A stretch of DNA of 62,991 nt, filler included, from Choristocarpus tenellus KU-1152 (Eukaryota; Protista; Phaeophyceae): the NCBI GenBank assembly GCA_964200185.2. It is 10 parts of 10 records of this genome, joined end to end, with 100 filler letters (N's around TTAATTAATTAA, not from the genome) between each part and the next. Parts side by side here need not be neighbours in the genome. Positions count along the whole stretch, not along the records: positions 20,124 to 28,563 come from CAXNAD020004709.1; positions 28,664 to 35,408 come from CAXNAD020007447.1; positions 35,509 to 38,032 come from CAXNAD020027079.1; positions 38,133 to 42,359 come from CAXNAD020015592.1; 6 more parts are not named here. One strand, written 5' to 3'. This document shows, piece by piece, positions 25,829 through 38,519 of this stretch; the stretch's first letter is position 1, and each line of letters opens with the position of its first letter. The translations under genes were made by a program, and so were the position numbers. A model generated the notes under the pieces. That model was not told the DNA's origin, made no database searches, and saw only the letters and a program-made list of their open reading frames with translations.

Positions 25829-28800
25829 GAATAGGTGATGGGGTAGACACAAGAGTAGTTGTGAATGTTTTTTTATACGGTATAACTAGAACACTTTTAG
25901 AAATGTGCGCTCCACAACAAAAGCATAGTGTCTGTTTCTGTACACTACTGTCACTGTTTGTACAAGAATGTTGTGCAGTTGTGTGCACAGTGATGATGGT
26001 ACTGTTTCTTCCTTCACAAGTACAGTCTCCACCATATGGTATTGTCACCGCACTGTGCCTTTCTAGCTGTTGCCGGTTACGTGTAAGTTTTGAGACATGT
26101 ATACTGTAAATCTTAGGGTTAGAATATCTTTTGTGAAACTACAACTTTACCAGAATGCACTGTATTGAGTAGGAGTGTATGTCCAAAGTCTGGGGTTTGC
26201 ATGGGTCAGGTGACATTTACCCTGTGTGTTTGATTGAAAACCAGTGCTGAAGTCAGTGATGAAAACTACAACAATGGTCTTCTAGGTCATTTTATGTGTC
26301 CTTGTGATTAGATGAACGTGATGTATGATACTCAATTGAAGTTGAAACTGTCTCGTTGGGAGGATACTTGCCCAGTGAAAGCAGTAGATAGAGTGCTACA
26401 CCACTTCATGTTCCACATTGTTGGCGTTTTGCAACAACAGAGACAACTAGCACCCTGGGAAAGTATTGTAGGTTTGGAGTGGTATCCCTTCAAAATCCTG
26501 CCAAGTGATTTTGAGTTACGTTTCTCAGCTTCTTAAAGTCATAATATGACTTGGGAAGTGGAATAGTCGTTCGAATGTTAAGTTTCAAAATGGTTGAAAG
26601 GAGTATGGTAGGGGCTGAACTAGTGTGGCACGCAAAATGCAAGCCCTCACCAGGATTTGCTGTAGCTGTTTATTGGTGCATGCATTGTAGACAAGCCTTT
26701 TCAATTGCACATCCCACATCGTGCACTCAACCATCATTAGGTCATTACACATCTAAGACCACTCAAAGTTCGTGTCTGGTGTACAGAAACTAGGTTTAAG
26801 CAATTGCTGCTCTACGGTGGTTGGGGAAAGAAAAACGATAATGAGAGCCTAAAAAAAACACAGAAAAGGTGTAACGGGAAAGTCAAGGTGCAGCGGTCCC
26901 ATGTTAACAACAGTATGTGATCTCCAACACACTTCATAGTATGGAGTATATTCTATCATATATTGGGAGATTAGGGATCTAGATCTCTATGGCTCACATA
27001 TCAGAGGACTTGATAGATGACCAGTTTATCAATGTCTCACAAGTATATTATGAACAAGTACAGATCAAATCGGTTTAGCTTCCCCTATGTGATCTCAACA
27101 CAGATGAACTAAACAAGTTCCTGGTCTGTGATCTTTGTATGGCAAAGTATTTGTATCACACACTGCACAAGTTTTCCTAAATTGATTTGTGCATAAGCAG
27201 ATACCTTGGCAACAAATTGAATTTATTCTCGCCATCATCCATTATTTTTGCAGTAACATCTAGGGGTTCTTGCTCCTGAACCCTCCTAACCTTTTCTCCC
27301 ATGTCCTCATTGCACTACCCAGTCCGTGATGTTGTCAAACAGGTTGTACTTGGTGTGTAAATTTGAAAACAGAACATGCCGTGAATATAATGTCCTTCCA
27401 GAAGGTAACATTGCGACATACGTCCTGGGTTACACATAATCAAGAGGATTATTTGTTATCTTCATGGACTCCCGCTGGGATATGCCACACATTTTTTTTA
27501 TTGTTGGAGTGAATTACTGTACCTTAGTATCGTCCTACGACTATGTACCAAGGCTCCGCCTTTTCAACACCCAAACATGCTTGGAGTAAACAACATTGAT
27601 AATTCCCTCAAAGTGAATCAAACACTTGAGCATTGCCAAGCACACAACGGTAGCACTCACAGATCCTGCCTTTTGTAAGACATCACAACACAGGAAGTGT
27701 ATTCCCTCTAAAGTGGGGAGACGGGTTGGGGAAGGGACTTCTTCATTTATTTGTTAGGTGTTGTACCCACCATACACTCAGTTCATAACCCAGACTCTAA
27801 CAGTACTGTTCCTTAACTTCTCACTTGCTAGAACATAGAGATGAATGTACATACACTTTACAGTAGGAAATGTGGATCAAGATCAGACCCTTGAGCCTAT
27901 TCTGTAGGAGTCCGCCCACAGAGTGATCTTTGTCCAACAGTTGAATATTGCAGCACTCAGAGCTTCCATTCCTGCATCAGTAGTTCAGGCAGTGAGTACT
28001 CTTTCTTCAAGGTTACTCGATGTCAATAAGTGACAAGCCCAAGTGGTTGTACCCGAAAGTTCCAGAGATAGGTATGTCTTGCCCATCAACACTGAACATC
28101 CACCTTTCCCGACTGGTTCCAATAGAAATCTCCCTCGCCCCCAGCAGGCACAGGTTTGTCTGGCATCGCATTTAGGAGCAAGTTTACTTCTATTGAGTTA
28201 ACCTTACATCCATCTCTATATGGGCCTAATACGTACAAGTTGATCTCAATCGCTTATTTTTCAAGTCGAGAATTTGTGGCATCAGAATAACCTTCCCTGA
28301 CAAGAATCGTCTGGGTTCTGTCACAAGTGACAAACTCAATACGATCTCGCAAAATTACAATAAACACACTCCCGATATTCCTTCTCAGCAGACTCCTGTT
28401 CTCTCTTGGTGTCCTGATTTTATCCACCAAGTATCCAGGGTGGCTCAGCCTGCCATCAACTTTAATGCCGGCTAACCCACCATTTATTTTCTTTTTGTTG
28501 TCCCAGCGAACCCTGTTGAGACCCAAAGTATCTGGGGGGGGGGGGGGGGGTGGGGAAGAGCAANNNNNNNNNNNNNNNNNNNNNNNNNNNNNNNNNNNNN
28601 NNNNNNNTTAATTAATTAANNNNNNNNNNNNNNNNNNNNNNNNNNNNNNNNNNNNNNNNNNNNGAGTCCTATACGTGCATCAGTATCATCTATAGGCCCG
28701 TAGATTGGAGCTATACATCCTGTGGAGGTAAGCTTTGAGGGGCGCCTGTAACATAATCATGAACTTCACTGTACTTCTACGAACTAAAAAGGTTGGACAG

Positions 28801-31448
28801 GGTGTTGCGAGTTGTATGAAACAGGTACTAGCTGACGAAGATACCGTATACCAACCATGTTATCCTTCATTGTCGAACATCCCAAATCTGTTTCATGGAT
28901 GGATATTCCGCCTAGAAGGTCACATGATTGAATAAATGGCGGACCACATCTCCTAGCAAAAGCCTTTATTTATCGTGCCAAAAGGGCAGCGTGCAATAAA
29001 TTTGAGATGCTGCCATGAATGTATCCGGCCCTGAGAAAACTCTCCTTGAAGATCGTATATATGGCTGACTGCTGTTGTTGGGTAGGTCATCAACTTTGCT
29101 TGAAGAAAGTATTCTTTGTGGTCTCTGCTGTCAAACCTACATCCTTGTCCAAATCAATCTACTGATTCCTCTGCGAGTATGTGTACCATTTTAATGCATG
29201 GTATCATAGTGGAGATGAGACCACCACCAGGTGACAACAAAAGACTCTATACTTGATTGATGGGACTCTCTTATATGTCAAGCTAAGTTATTTTCTTAAT
29301 TACTTGGTGGTATCGGCAATTACATCCCATTGCAAAAGTAAGCTTTGCAAACCTCCTTACCTTGAGACAGCGTTTAGAACAGAAGCATTTTCTGCAGGTC
29401 ATCGACTATCCAGAAATTTCGCACTTCCCGCATCTTGGAGAAAGTCACTCAGCGGAGTGGTATGGTGCTATTCATCTGCCCCAAATCGTACAAGAAATTG
29501 CACGCATACCATCCATCAATGTTTTTCTTTATCATACCGTACTGCCGACTTAACCTAAACTCTATTTAAAATGCAGTCTTGAAACTTAATCTGGCTTTGA
29601 TTGGCATGAATGGCCCGCCAACTCTGCAACCCCAAACTAGTTGCCCTTCCTCCTAACTGCTTTCCTCCCTCCTTAACAGGTCTCACGTCGACCACTGCAA
29701 TCAAGTATCCCCCCCCCAAGTTCCCAAACCTGGTGAGTATTTGATAGCTGTGGGCAATGTTAGGCATCAGTAGGTGATGATGATGCCTCATTGGTTGGAT
29801 GAAGCAGATGTACACTGGGACTACGACAGTAATACTCCGAGCTTTATGCTATAACCCACACCCTTCAATATTTTCTCTAAGGAATTAAGTATCAAGAAAA
29901 TGAAATGAGAACATGGCAGACGAACAATCAAGGAAAAAATGGAAAGAAAATAAGCCCCCATCGTCAAGACCACATACAGGCTATGAGATGCTCATATTCT
30001 GTAGTCAGGGTATAATTATTTATCATTGTCCGTGCATTGACTCTTCGTATAAACTCTTCTTTTGTCCACCAATGCAACCTGTTCCGTTTGAACAAGAGAC
30101 AGCATCCACTTCAAACAAGGTATCTCCCGAAGAAGTGCTTCATCAAACTCCGACCACAGCAACAGTGGATACTTCAGGCTGGAGAGATAATATGACCAAA
30201 TTGGGGGTAATATGTTGCAGGGTCAACGCATTCAGCACTGTGTACCTAGATGGATGCAGTGCATGGAGTGCAAGCTATTCTACTGGTCGTGTGAATGTTG
30301 CCTGTTGTCTCATGTCCATTATTAATCTTAATATTATTGGGACGCATCCTAAAAATAGTCGAGCGACACATGGCATGTCTGGGCCAGTTTCCCTCTCTAA
30401 CAAGAAAGCAGATAGGCATAAACCACTATTTGCCACTAGAACAAAAAAAAATGCCCCAAGCACTTGACTTGATATCACACAGAATGGAGGAGTGGCTGTA
30501 AAATTGCCTTTCTCACAATGTTACAGAAGCAGTATCTTAATTAAATCAACCCCCCCAAAAGATAAATGACAGCCTGTCAAGCACTAAGCTAACCCAAACC
30601 CAACTTTTACTAACCCTCAAACTTTCCTCACCATGCAGCAGAAGCACTATCCTAACTAGATTGCCTCCAAATAATAAACGACAGCCCGCCAGGCACTAAC
30701 CTAATTCAAACCCAACTTGTACCTACCCTCGAAAATTGTCTGTGTTTTTCCACATACCAAGTATGTACAAATGATAACTGATACCACAGGAACAGCCTAG
30801 CCTTCAAGACCAAGCAGGATTTTACTTTCCACCGGAAGGAATCAGGTACAAATCATTGGGGGATGACCTCACAATGCCTATGACAGGAAGTTATATGCAG
30901 CATATTGACCGTTTAGGTCCTAGACTGGTCCATCCCCATCCCCTTCACCCCATGGCACATCACAGTAAATCAGTCTTATGTCCCCACTACAAGCGTGATT
31001 TGTCCCTCAAGATGAACCATCCGCCCTGACCGACCATAACATGGACACACCCTACTCCTAACCCTAACCCTATATACTATTCGAGTACCAGGTGGCTATT
31101 GTCTGTGTTGTCTCACAGCACAAACTTCCTCCATCAAAGTTATTAGACCCCATGGACTCTAGCCCTCTAGACAACACAGCATGACTATTGACATACATTT
31201 AGTGGTACATAAATCAATAGTCATGCCTCTTTGACACTAGATCCGTCTAATGACTTCGAAATAAATCTTGCACCTCTAGATGGCCAAAAATGATGGGTTT
31301 TTTTTTTTAATTTTTGCGCAACAGGAGATGGGTGTGTATAGTATACACAGAAAAAAATCTTGACCTGCAACGCTCTAGGTACATGTTTCGAGTGGTTTCA
31401 GTTGCAGCTGCTTCCATGATTTAAAGTCGTACATGAAGAGGTAAGGCT

Positions 31449-34400
31449 CTAATTACTCCCCTTTACCCAAGCAATAATCTCGTCTGCAGCCCGGAGACCA
31501 GAATCGAAACCTCCATGAGCAGTGGAGAAGAAACGAGGATGTGTTGCCTCCCCAGCAAACAGGACACGAGGTGCACGGGAGGAAGGGAGAGAGAAATTGT
31601 TCCTATAATCCCCTCCTTCTGTTGTGGAAACTTCTCCCTCATGGACTCCAAAAGCGGTGTCACTTCCCTCACCCTTGCTCCCTCCATCATCCGAACCCCT
31701 ATCTCCACACCTGACTGGTGCTGAAGCCTGATAGAGGGTTCCATTTAGCGTTTCATCCTCGTAGAGTGTCCTCGCCAGCTCCCCAATGTCATATGGGGTG
31801 GATCCAGAAGGTAGGTAGGAGTATGAACCACGAAAAAGTGGATCTGAGGCCCAGGTGGAGCGCACGATAGATGTCGATGTTGCGTTCCCTCCTGCATGTA
31901 TTCCAGGAGAGTTCATAATGTTATTAGTGATCTATCTAGATGGAGAAGAGAAATCACCCCAAACCTGGGTACTGACTTCCATGTCTTGCTGGTGGACAAT
32001 CTCTCTTCTCCTATTTGACTCCTATGCAGCTGCTCTATACCATTCCCCCGATGGCGGTGGTACAATGTGAGAGTCCCCTACCCCTCTGAATTTACCTTGT
32101 AGCTTCCATGAAGGATCCATTGTAACTTGCCTCAAGACAGATACTATCCGCTCTTGTACCTCTTGTGAGGGTAAAGATTCCATGGCCCTAGACGACTCTC
32201 CTGATAACCAAGAGCACAGGTAAGAGCCCTCGCGATTAAACGAAAATATCTCCTCTGCCCAAGACATTGAACCTTATGTAATGTTGGGGTTGGGGATGGA
32301 CAGTGAATTCAGCGTTAGGGAGGACCGTCAGAATCACTATTCTTGTCTATTGTAGTATTTTATGTTCTGGTTGGGGTTGGCCTGGGGACAGCATGGGAGT
32401 GGGCAGGTGCCAGGATGGTGCCAGGATCAAGATACTCACTGAGGAGATTGCCTTCTTGTAAGCATCATAGTAGAACGGCATCAAGCATTCTCTACAACAC
32501 AACATTCTGACGCAATTTTGTGAGAGAATTAAGAGATAACTGTATGCCACATTCACAGAAATTTGACGCATATCTTTTGCGGTTGAGGTGCAAGTGTAGC
32601 TAGCCTGTAACGTTTGTCAAGGTTTTTTGTTGCATGCAAACTCAACAATGAACCTATCATGCTGATTAGACGCGAAAAACCTGCACCCGTGGAGCTGTGC
32701 TTGTTCCTTTGCTCAATATACTGCGCCTGACATGAGGAAAGAACTTTAAATATTCTCCTTGCTGGATGAATGGACTAGATAACGAACAAGACACAAACCA
32801 AACCACACCGATCAAGTGGCAATCTGCCAACAGGAATGCTACCACATCCACTTAACTAGAACTCAAATTTGATACTATGCAGTTGTAGGCTGGAATGAGG
32901 CACCATCCACATCTGACTTTTTATGACACTAATTGTTGCCAGTTCACTCTTTAGATTGTATACCTGGACAACGCTCCAGGTCCTTCAGCCCCTGAATCTC
33001 CTGAATCCCATTAGTAGGAAGCCAAGGCCTCATAATGCAAACATTGAAGTCCTCTACCCCATCCCTCCCACTCGAGCCGCCAGTGCTATATCCAGTATCC
33101 TTGCCACACCTGTCAAACAAAACATTGTCACTATTAATTCTCTGGCTAGCAACTTCATACTGCAAAATGCGACGATTTCTTAGTGTGACACCACTCCAGT
33201 GTCAAACCAGAGCTCTGATTTCTGACCAAGTCCACTCTGATGAAAGGATTACCTCGTGTCGGAGCACTGTCGCATTTGTATCACCTGTCAGAGCTAACAT
33301 AACATGAGCGCTTTGAATAATATACGTTCAGATGATGGATAATGTGAGCAGTCTGACAACTCGTGGATGATCCCAGTATAGCAATGTTGCTGTTACATAT
33401 ATTCAAGTGCAATGTTGCGGTTACATATATTCAAGTGCAATGTTGCTGTTACATATATTCAAGTGCAATGTTGCTGTTACATATATTCAAGTGCAATGTT
33501 GCGGTTACATATATTCAAGTGCAATGTTGTGGTGCAGTATCATTGATGCACTTGGCACAAGCAAGGACCATTCTGAAGCACATGCGCAACAGCATACAGC
33601 ATTGTGCTCCTTAGCATATAGTGGGTACCTGTGTCTGACGAGCTCATGTGACCTTGCCAGGTGTATGTATGGTCAGGTGTATGGTCACTGCACTCTACTA
33701 GCCCACTGTGCCCACACATTCACTTCCACATTCAGCCAAACAATACCAAATCGGCTGGTCATCACGATGCGGGAAACAAGTCTTATACGAGAAGACAATA
33801 CAATCCACAAAGCTACACACTGACTAACATTCTAGGCGAATCACCGACAAGCTCATGGAGAGATCAGGGTCAAGGGAACCACCACATACCTGACAAACAC
33901 CTTGTTGGTTGTCCCAAAACCTATCCTCTGTATAGCTTGGTGCTTCTTAAATGGCAATGGCGGTGAGAACACCATTGAGTCCTTGTCCTGAGAAACCGAG
34001 CAGGGCATAAGAATACCGGCTGTTGAATATACAACTCGACGTAAATGACCCTAACAAGTATTCTGGATGTCACATGAAAAGACAGAGAAATTGAACCAAG
34101 ACAAGAGTCATCCACAGTACCACTAAATACCATCAAAAAGTCAAAATTGTCATCCCACCTTGAGGACCCCAAGGCTAACAGTAATAACAACATGTTCGCA
34201 CTCATACTTCTTGGTGTCCCCAGACATGCTTACGCACTTCACCATGCATGGTCCCATCGCTCCCCTATCGCTTTCTCCTTCCTTGACCCAACCACCCCAG
34301 TCCACACCTGTGACTCTGGTGTCAAGGCAGACCCTACCGTTGGAGATCTGCACACACCGTAAGCATGTTGTTCCGATACATTTTAGAAAGAAAAAAAAAA

Positions 34401-35408
34401 TGTGGAGAGGGGATAGGGAATTGTATACTGATGTCGTGTTCGAAAATTCGAATCGTTTACTAGAGAGACTAATCCTTGATAATCAACCCCGACACTATGG
34501 CGAACAACACGCCCTCAACTAGTCCCCCACAAATTGTTGCAGGATGAGCTATATCTCCACCGAGAGTTTCTCTTGAAACTCCATACTCAACGGCTAGTAC
34601 AAGACCAGCAATATGCAAAAGCTGGCCGAAAGCCAGTAGAGCAATTTGACGAGTTGCAGCTCTTCTTATCCCTTTACCAGCCCTGGAAAACTTCTGGAAA
34701 ATTTCTTATGAACGTAGAACAAAGAGTGCAGTCAAGTGCGTACACCGCAATTATCAATTATCAATTATCAATTATCAATTATCAATTATCCATGCGGGTT
34801 GTCCGAGGCGTGTTTTCAAAAGCAGCAAGTCGCACCACAACCTCCCTCTAAGACAGTAAGTAAGATTGGACTAACCCAGTAAATAACAGGTACGGTGGTT
34901 TCTTCCTTCGAGTGCATACACTGCAAGTGTGTGACGAAGTATGCTGAGCAAGTGTGCGACGAAGTATGCTGACATTATGACACTCGCGTCATATCCTATC
35001 TTGGCATTCCCCCTCCCCCAACAAAATACAGAAGAGAACAGATGGTTTCCTCGCTTCTTGTGTGCTACACTCCGGTTCTAGATGCATCATCTGTGGATCA
35101 CTCTATTCCAATAACTAGAATCTGGAGAAAATACAACACCTATCCTGTTCGTGGAGGAAAACCACATTTCCCAAAACGAAGACACAGTACTATCTAGGGG
35201 TTAGGCTTGCATGCCTCTCTCTCACCTTCCCTCGAAGGCCTTCAATCACTCTAGAAAAACCGCCAGGCACCCTCACATTTCCCCCACCAAGTTCCTGATA
35301 CTGCCCAAACAATGACAGTGACATGCCATTCAAGGAATCGCAGCCCTCATTAATGCACTGCCATCGCCGCATGTACCCCATGATTGCCTCAAACTGCCCC
35401 CCATCCCC
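31449..35408 (-). CDS. Flavin-containing polyamine/spermine oxidase-like protein (5' partial). Exons 35408-35226, 34347-34159, 33987-33890, 33109-32964, 32272-32096, 31891-31449
   Basis: Phase-consistent exons give Y.ELGGGNVRVPGGFSRVIE, EHVVITVSLGVLK, FSPPLPFKKHQAIQRIGFGTTNKVF, LCSWLSGE, TWASDPLFRGSYSY and VLFAGEATHPRFFSTAHGGFDSGLRAADEI, which are hallmark amine oxidase motifs. Confidence 0.92.
33381..33530. repeat. 28-bp minisatellite, ~5 copies, intronic
   Basis: Unit GCAATGTTGC(T/G)GTTACATATATTCAAGT. Confidence 0.93.
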
Positions 35409-35508
35409 NNNNNNNNNNNNNNNNNNNNNNNNNNNNNNNNNNNNNNNNNNNNTTAATTAATTAANNNNNNNNNNNNNNNNNNNNNNNNNNNNNNNNNNNN
35501 NNNNNNNN

Positions 35509-35584
35509 AAATTACATCAAAATCACAACATTGGATTTTGACCCCCAAATGGACGCAGCCGTACCCTCTAAGACACTTTGGCTC
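35509..35584. mobile_element. MITE family A terminus at a fragment edge
   Basis: Reverse complement GAGCCAAAGTGTCTTAGAGGGTACGGCTGCGTCCATTTGGGGGTCAAAATCCAATGTT matches 870-945. Confidence 0.8.
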
Positions 35585-35709
35585 GTATGTTACTCGTACA
35601 TTGCGATATGATGAACCCGTGCGCAATATAATGTACTCCTCGGGATAATTGACGAACTGCCCTCCTATGATAGGTACACGAATGCTGTGGGCACCGTTGT
35701 CTCCTTCAG

Positions 35710-37507
35710 CGCAGAGAGGCATAACGTGGTGGAGGCGGCCCTTGAATGGAGCAGGAGGGTGGAGGTGTTCGTGTTCAACGCGGCGTCAAAGGATGAGGTG
35801 AAAGAGAAGATGGAGACCTCCTTTGACCAAGCCTACAAGGACGGCAAGTGGAAGGTAAGAAGGGTGTGCTGTTTTTTTTTTCCATTGCTTTCCAACTTGT
35901 TGTCTGTCTTGGTTCCCTATGGATAGGTCTTGGGCGTGCGATTGTTGTAGTGATGTTTCCTTGTCGATGTTTACATGTTGCTAACACGGTGCACACGGTT
36001 ACCCGCACTACAAACGGAAATCGCGAGACCCCAAAACTTTGTGTGTGAGTGTCGGTACATCGTAATGTCCTCCTTCCCCACACGAAAAAACAAACGTGCT
36101 GTGGTACACCACAAGATCTTTAAACAACACCGGAATAACCCCTACGTACCTGACGAAACCTTATCGCATGGCAAACACTTGAATGCCACATGGTTGGGCT
36201 GTCACATGTACGCACATGATGTTGCATGTATCCACGTCTCTCGTTCAAGAACGCGTGATAGGCCCTTCCTGCCTGCCGGAAGCCTTGGGGCAGACCCTCG
36301 TCCTCACGGAGATGCAGCGATGCTTTGCTGAGGCCGTCAATCCTCAGGGAAAGGCAATGGGACGCGATGAGGCGACCGTTTTCGTTGCGAAGACGGTGGC
36401 GACGGACTTCGGCTACCAGATCGAGGTGAATGCGCTATAGAATGCACTTCGTTACATATTTTCTCAAGAACAAACGGCAGAGTCAAGCTCTTGGCACGCA
36501 GTAGACACGTTTTTTTTATTCCCGTATCCAAACCTATCTAATGCGGCACCCAAATATGTCGCGTAGAAAACTATGGGCCTCGCGGGTAAGTATTGGATCC
36601 GTCGAATGTTCAACGTTTGCCACAATAAGGCTGCCGTTTTTGCACCACCTTCGGACGAAATTACCTCCAAATCACGAACATTCATGAATGACCGAACTCT
36701 GGCCCCCCCCCCAACACCCCTCCACCCCCCTCAACCCCACCGCCGTCTTTGTCTTCCGCAATGCTCAGCCGCGTGCAAGTTCATCCTCGAATCCCACAGA
36801 AATGGCCTTATTCCCGCTTAAAGGGAAAAACTACAAAGTCGGCGGAAATGACCTCCCTGCGTGGGGTGATCTTGAAGTGTGCAACTCTCGATCAGAGGTC
36901 TTCCGTTTGATCTCTCTTGAAGACCAAGAAGAACAGTGCATTCGGCTGCTTCATGGGGCTAACAACAAACAGCTCAAGCGCATGCTTTCGCCTGGAATGG
37001 AGGTGTGTGGGTCGCGCGCAGAGCTCTACTTGCGCGTGGCAGCCACTTGCCCTCTCTACTACATGCATTGGACCAAGAAGGCAGACGACACCAACATTGA
37101 ATTCACGTCAAAAGTTCCGCAGAGCAGAAGCCGTCACCAGGTCCTCCTCCCCTTCTCCCAGGTTGGCCGGGCAGATGTTCGTCACGCCCATAGTCGGGAG
37201 GGTGTGCAAACCCCGGGCAAAGAATGACAGGAGATCACCATTCAACGTGCTCCCGGGTCTTACGGTAGTGTGTTCTCGTGGGTTCGAATTGCTGGATTCG
37301 GACTCGGACTTGACGCCAATGACCACTAGAAAGCGCAAGTGTCCCTCTTCCCGCACAGGTGGAAAGGGGAAAGGTCGCAAGGTATGGAGGGGTGCCAGTG
37401 ATTCTGCCATGGAAGACGACCCGGAGTATGTCAGCAACGCGGAGGACGAGGAGGAAGATGAAGAGTATGATAGAGAGGAGGATGAAGGGGATGACGAAGA
37501 GGAGTAA
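35710..37507 (+). CDS. Unknown spliced gene or young pseudogene with a SAP-like motif and acidic C-terminus
   Basis: Exon-like blocks ~35710-35854, 36262-36425, 36769-~37201 and ~37359-37507. NKQLKRMLSPGMEVCGSRAELYLRV resembles a SAP motif; ends ...DEEEDEEYDREEDEGDDEEE*. Exon 1/2 phases do not match, so the model is incomplete. Confidence 0.45.
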
Positions 37508-38519
37508 GAAGATAATTGGGATGGGGGGCGGGAAGGACGGGGGGGGGGAGAGGCGGGTGGGCGCACACGTTGGCAAAGTAATGATTGACCAACGGCAAAC
37601 AGAGGATACAGGAGTGTTTTTGTTAATGATCCCTCGTTTGTCCAGTAGTTAGTTCAAGCAGGTTGTTCGTGTGTCTGTTGCACTCCCGGTAACATGCTTA
37701 CCAGAGTCGGCGCCCATTCTTGCTTCAGGTGACGTACACAGTTTCGCGTGTGGCGGGGGGAGGAGGGGTACAACGAATGAGCAGCAAATTGAAAAATCTG
37801 ATGTTTTCTTTTTTTTTGTGATGGAAGATTTTTTTTAACGATATTTTAGCTCTGGGCTGTTGTGGCCTTATTGCCCCTCTCCCTATTGTTCTATTGCGAT
37901 GTGTGACAAGTCCAACAACTTTCCCGAGAAAATAGATAAATGCAGATCGGCGTATCTGACAGGGTGGGGGGGGGGGCAGATCGCAAGAAATGATAGTTCG
38001 GGCATGACTGAGAAGTTCGTACAAAGAGGTAGNNNNNNNNNNNNNNNNNNNNNNNNNNNNNNNNNNNNNNNNNNNNTTAATTAATTAANNNNNNNNNNNN
38101 NNNNNNNNNNNNNNNNNNNNNNNNNNNNNNNNCCACCGCAGTTACGGCACTTGTGGATTGTGTAGAAAGGCGGACCCGGTGTGTTTGAAGGCATCTTGCA
38201 GAGGTTTCCCGCTGCGCAAGGCACGGCTTCCACTTTATTCCCTTACCAGCAACGTAATGTACTGCTTCCTGTATGGTAGCATGACCCAGAAAGAAGGGCA
38301 CTTTTCGCGAAAATTTTTGAGAACACGCCAAACTCGCGTGTATATCTCTGGGATTTTGTGCTAAATCGCCCGAATAGGAGAAGTTCGGTACAAAATCCTA
38401 TTTTCGAGCATGTCGAAAAACGGTATAAGATGATGTGGTTCATAATATTTGGCCCAAAATCGGGTAACCCATTGTAAAATTATGAGAATAATAATAATAA
38501 TAATTTGACCTACACTCCT

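Noticed and set aside
26526-26558. Minus-strand LPKSYYDFKKL resembling a CACTA/EnSpm transposase motif
   Set aside because: A single short motif with no other Tnp2 motifs or CACT termini found.
28664-30467. Gene from ORF 29913-30467
   Set aside because: No recognisable product; faint RNaseH/integrase-like words on the opposite strand suggest retroelement debris but are too weak to call.
32440-32492. Extra amine oxidase exon (ECLMPFYYDAYKKAISS)
   Set aside because: The flanking exons already join in phase without it, and it adds no recognisable motif.
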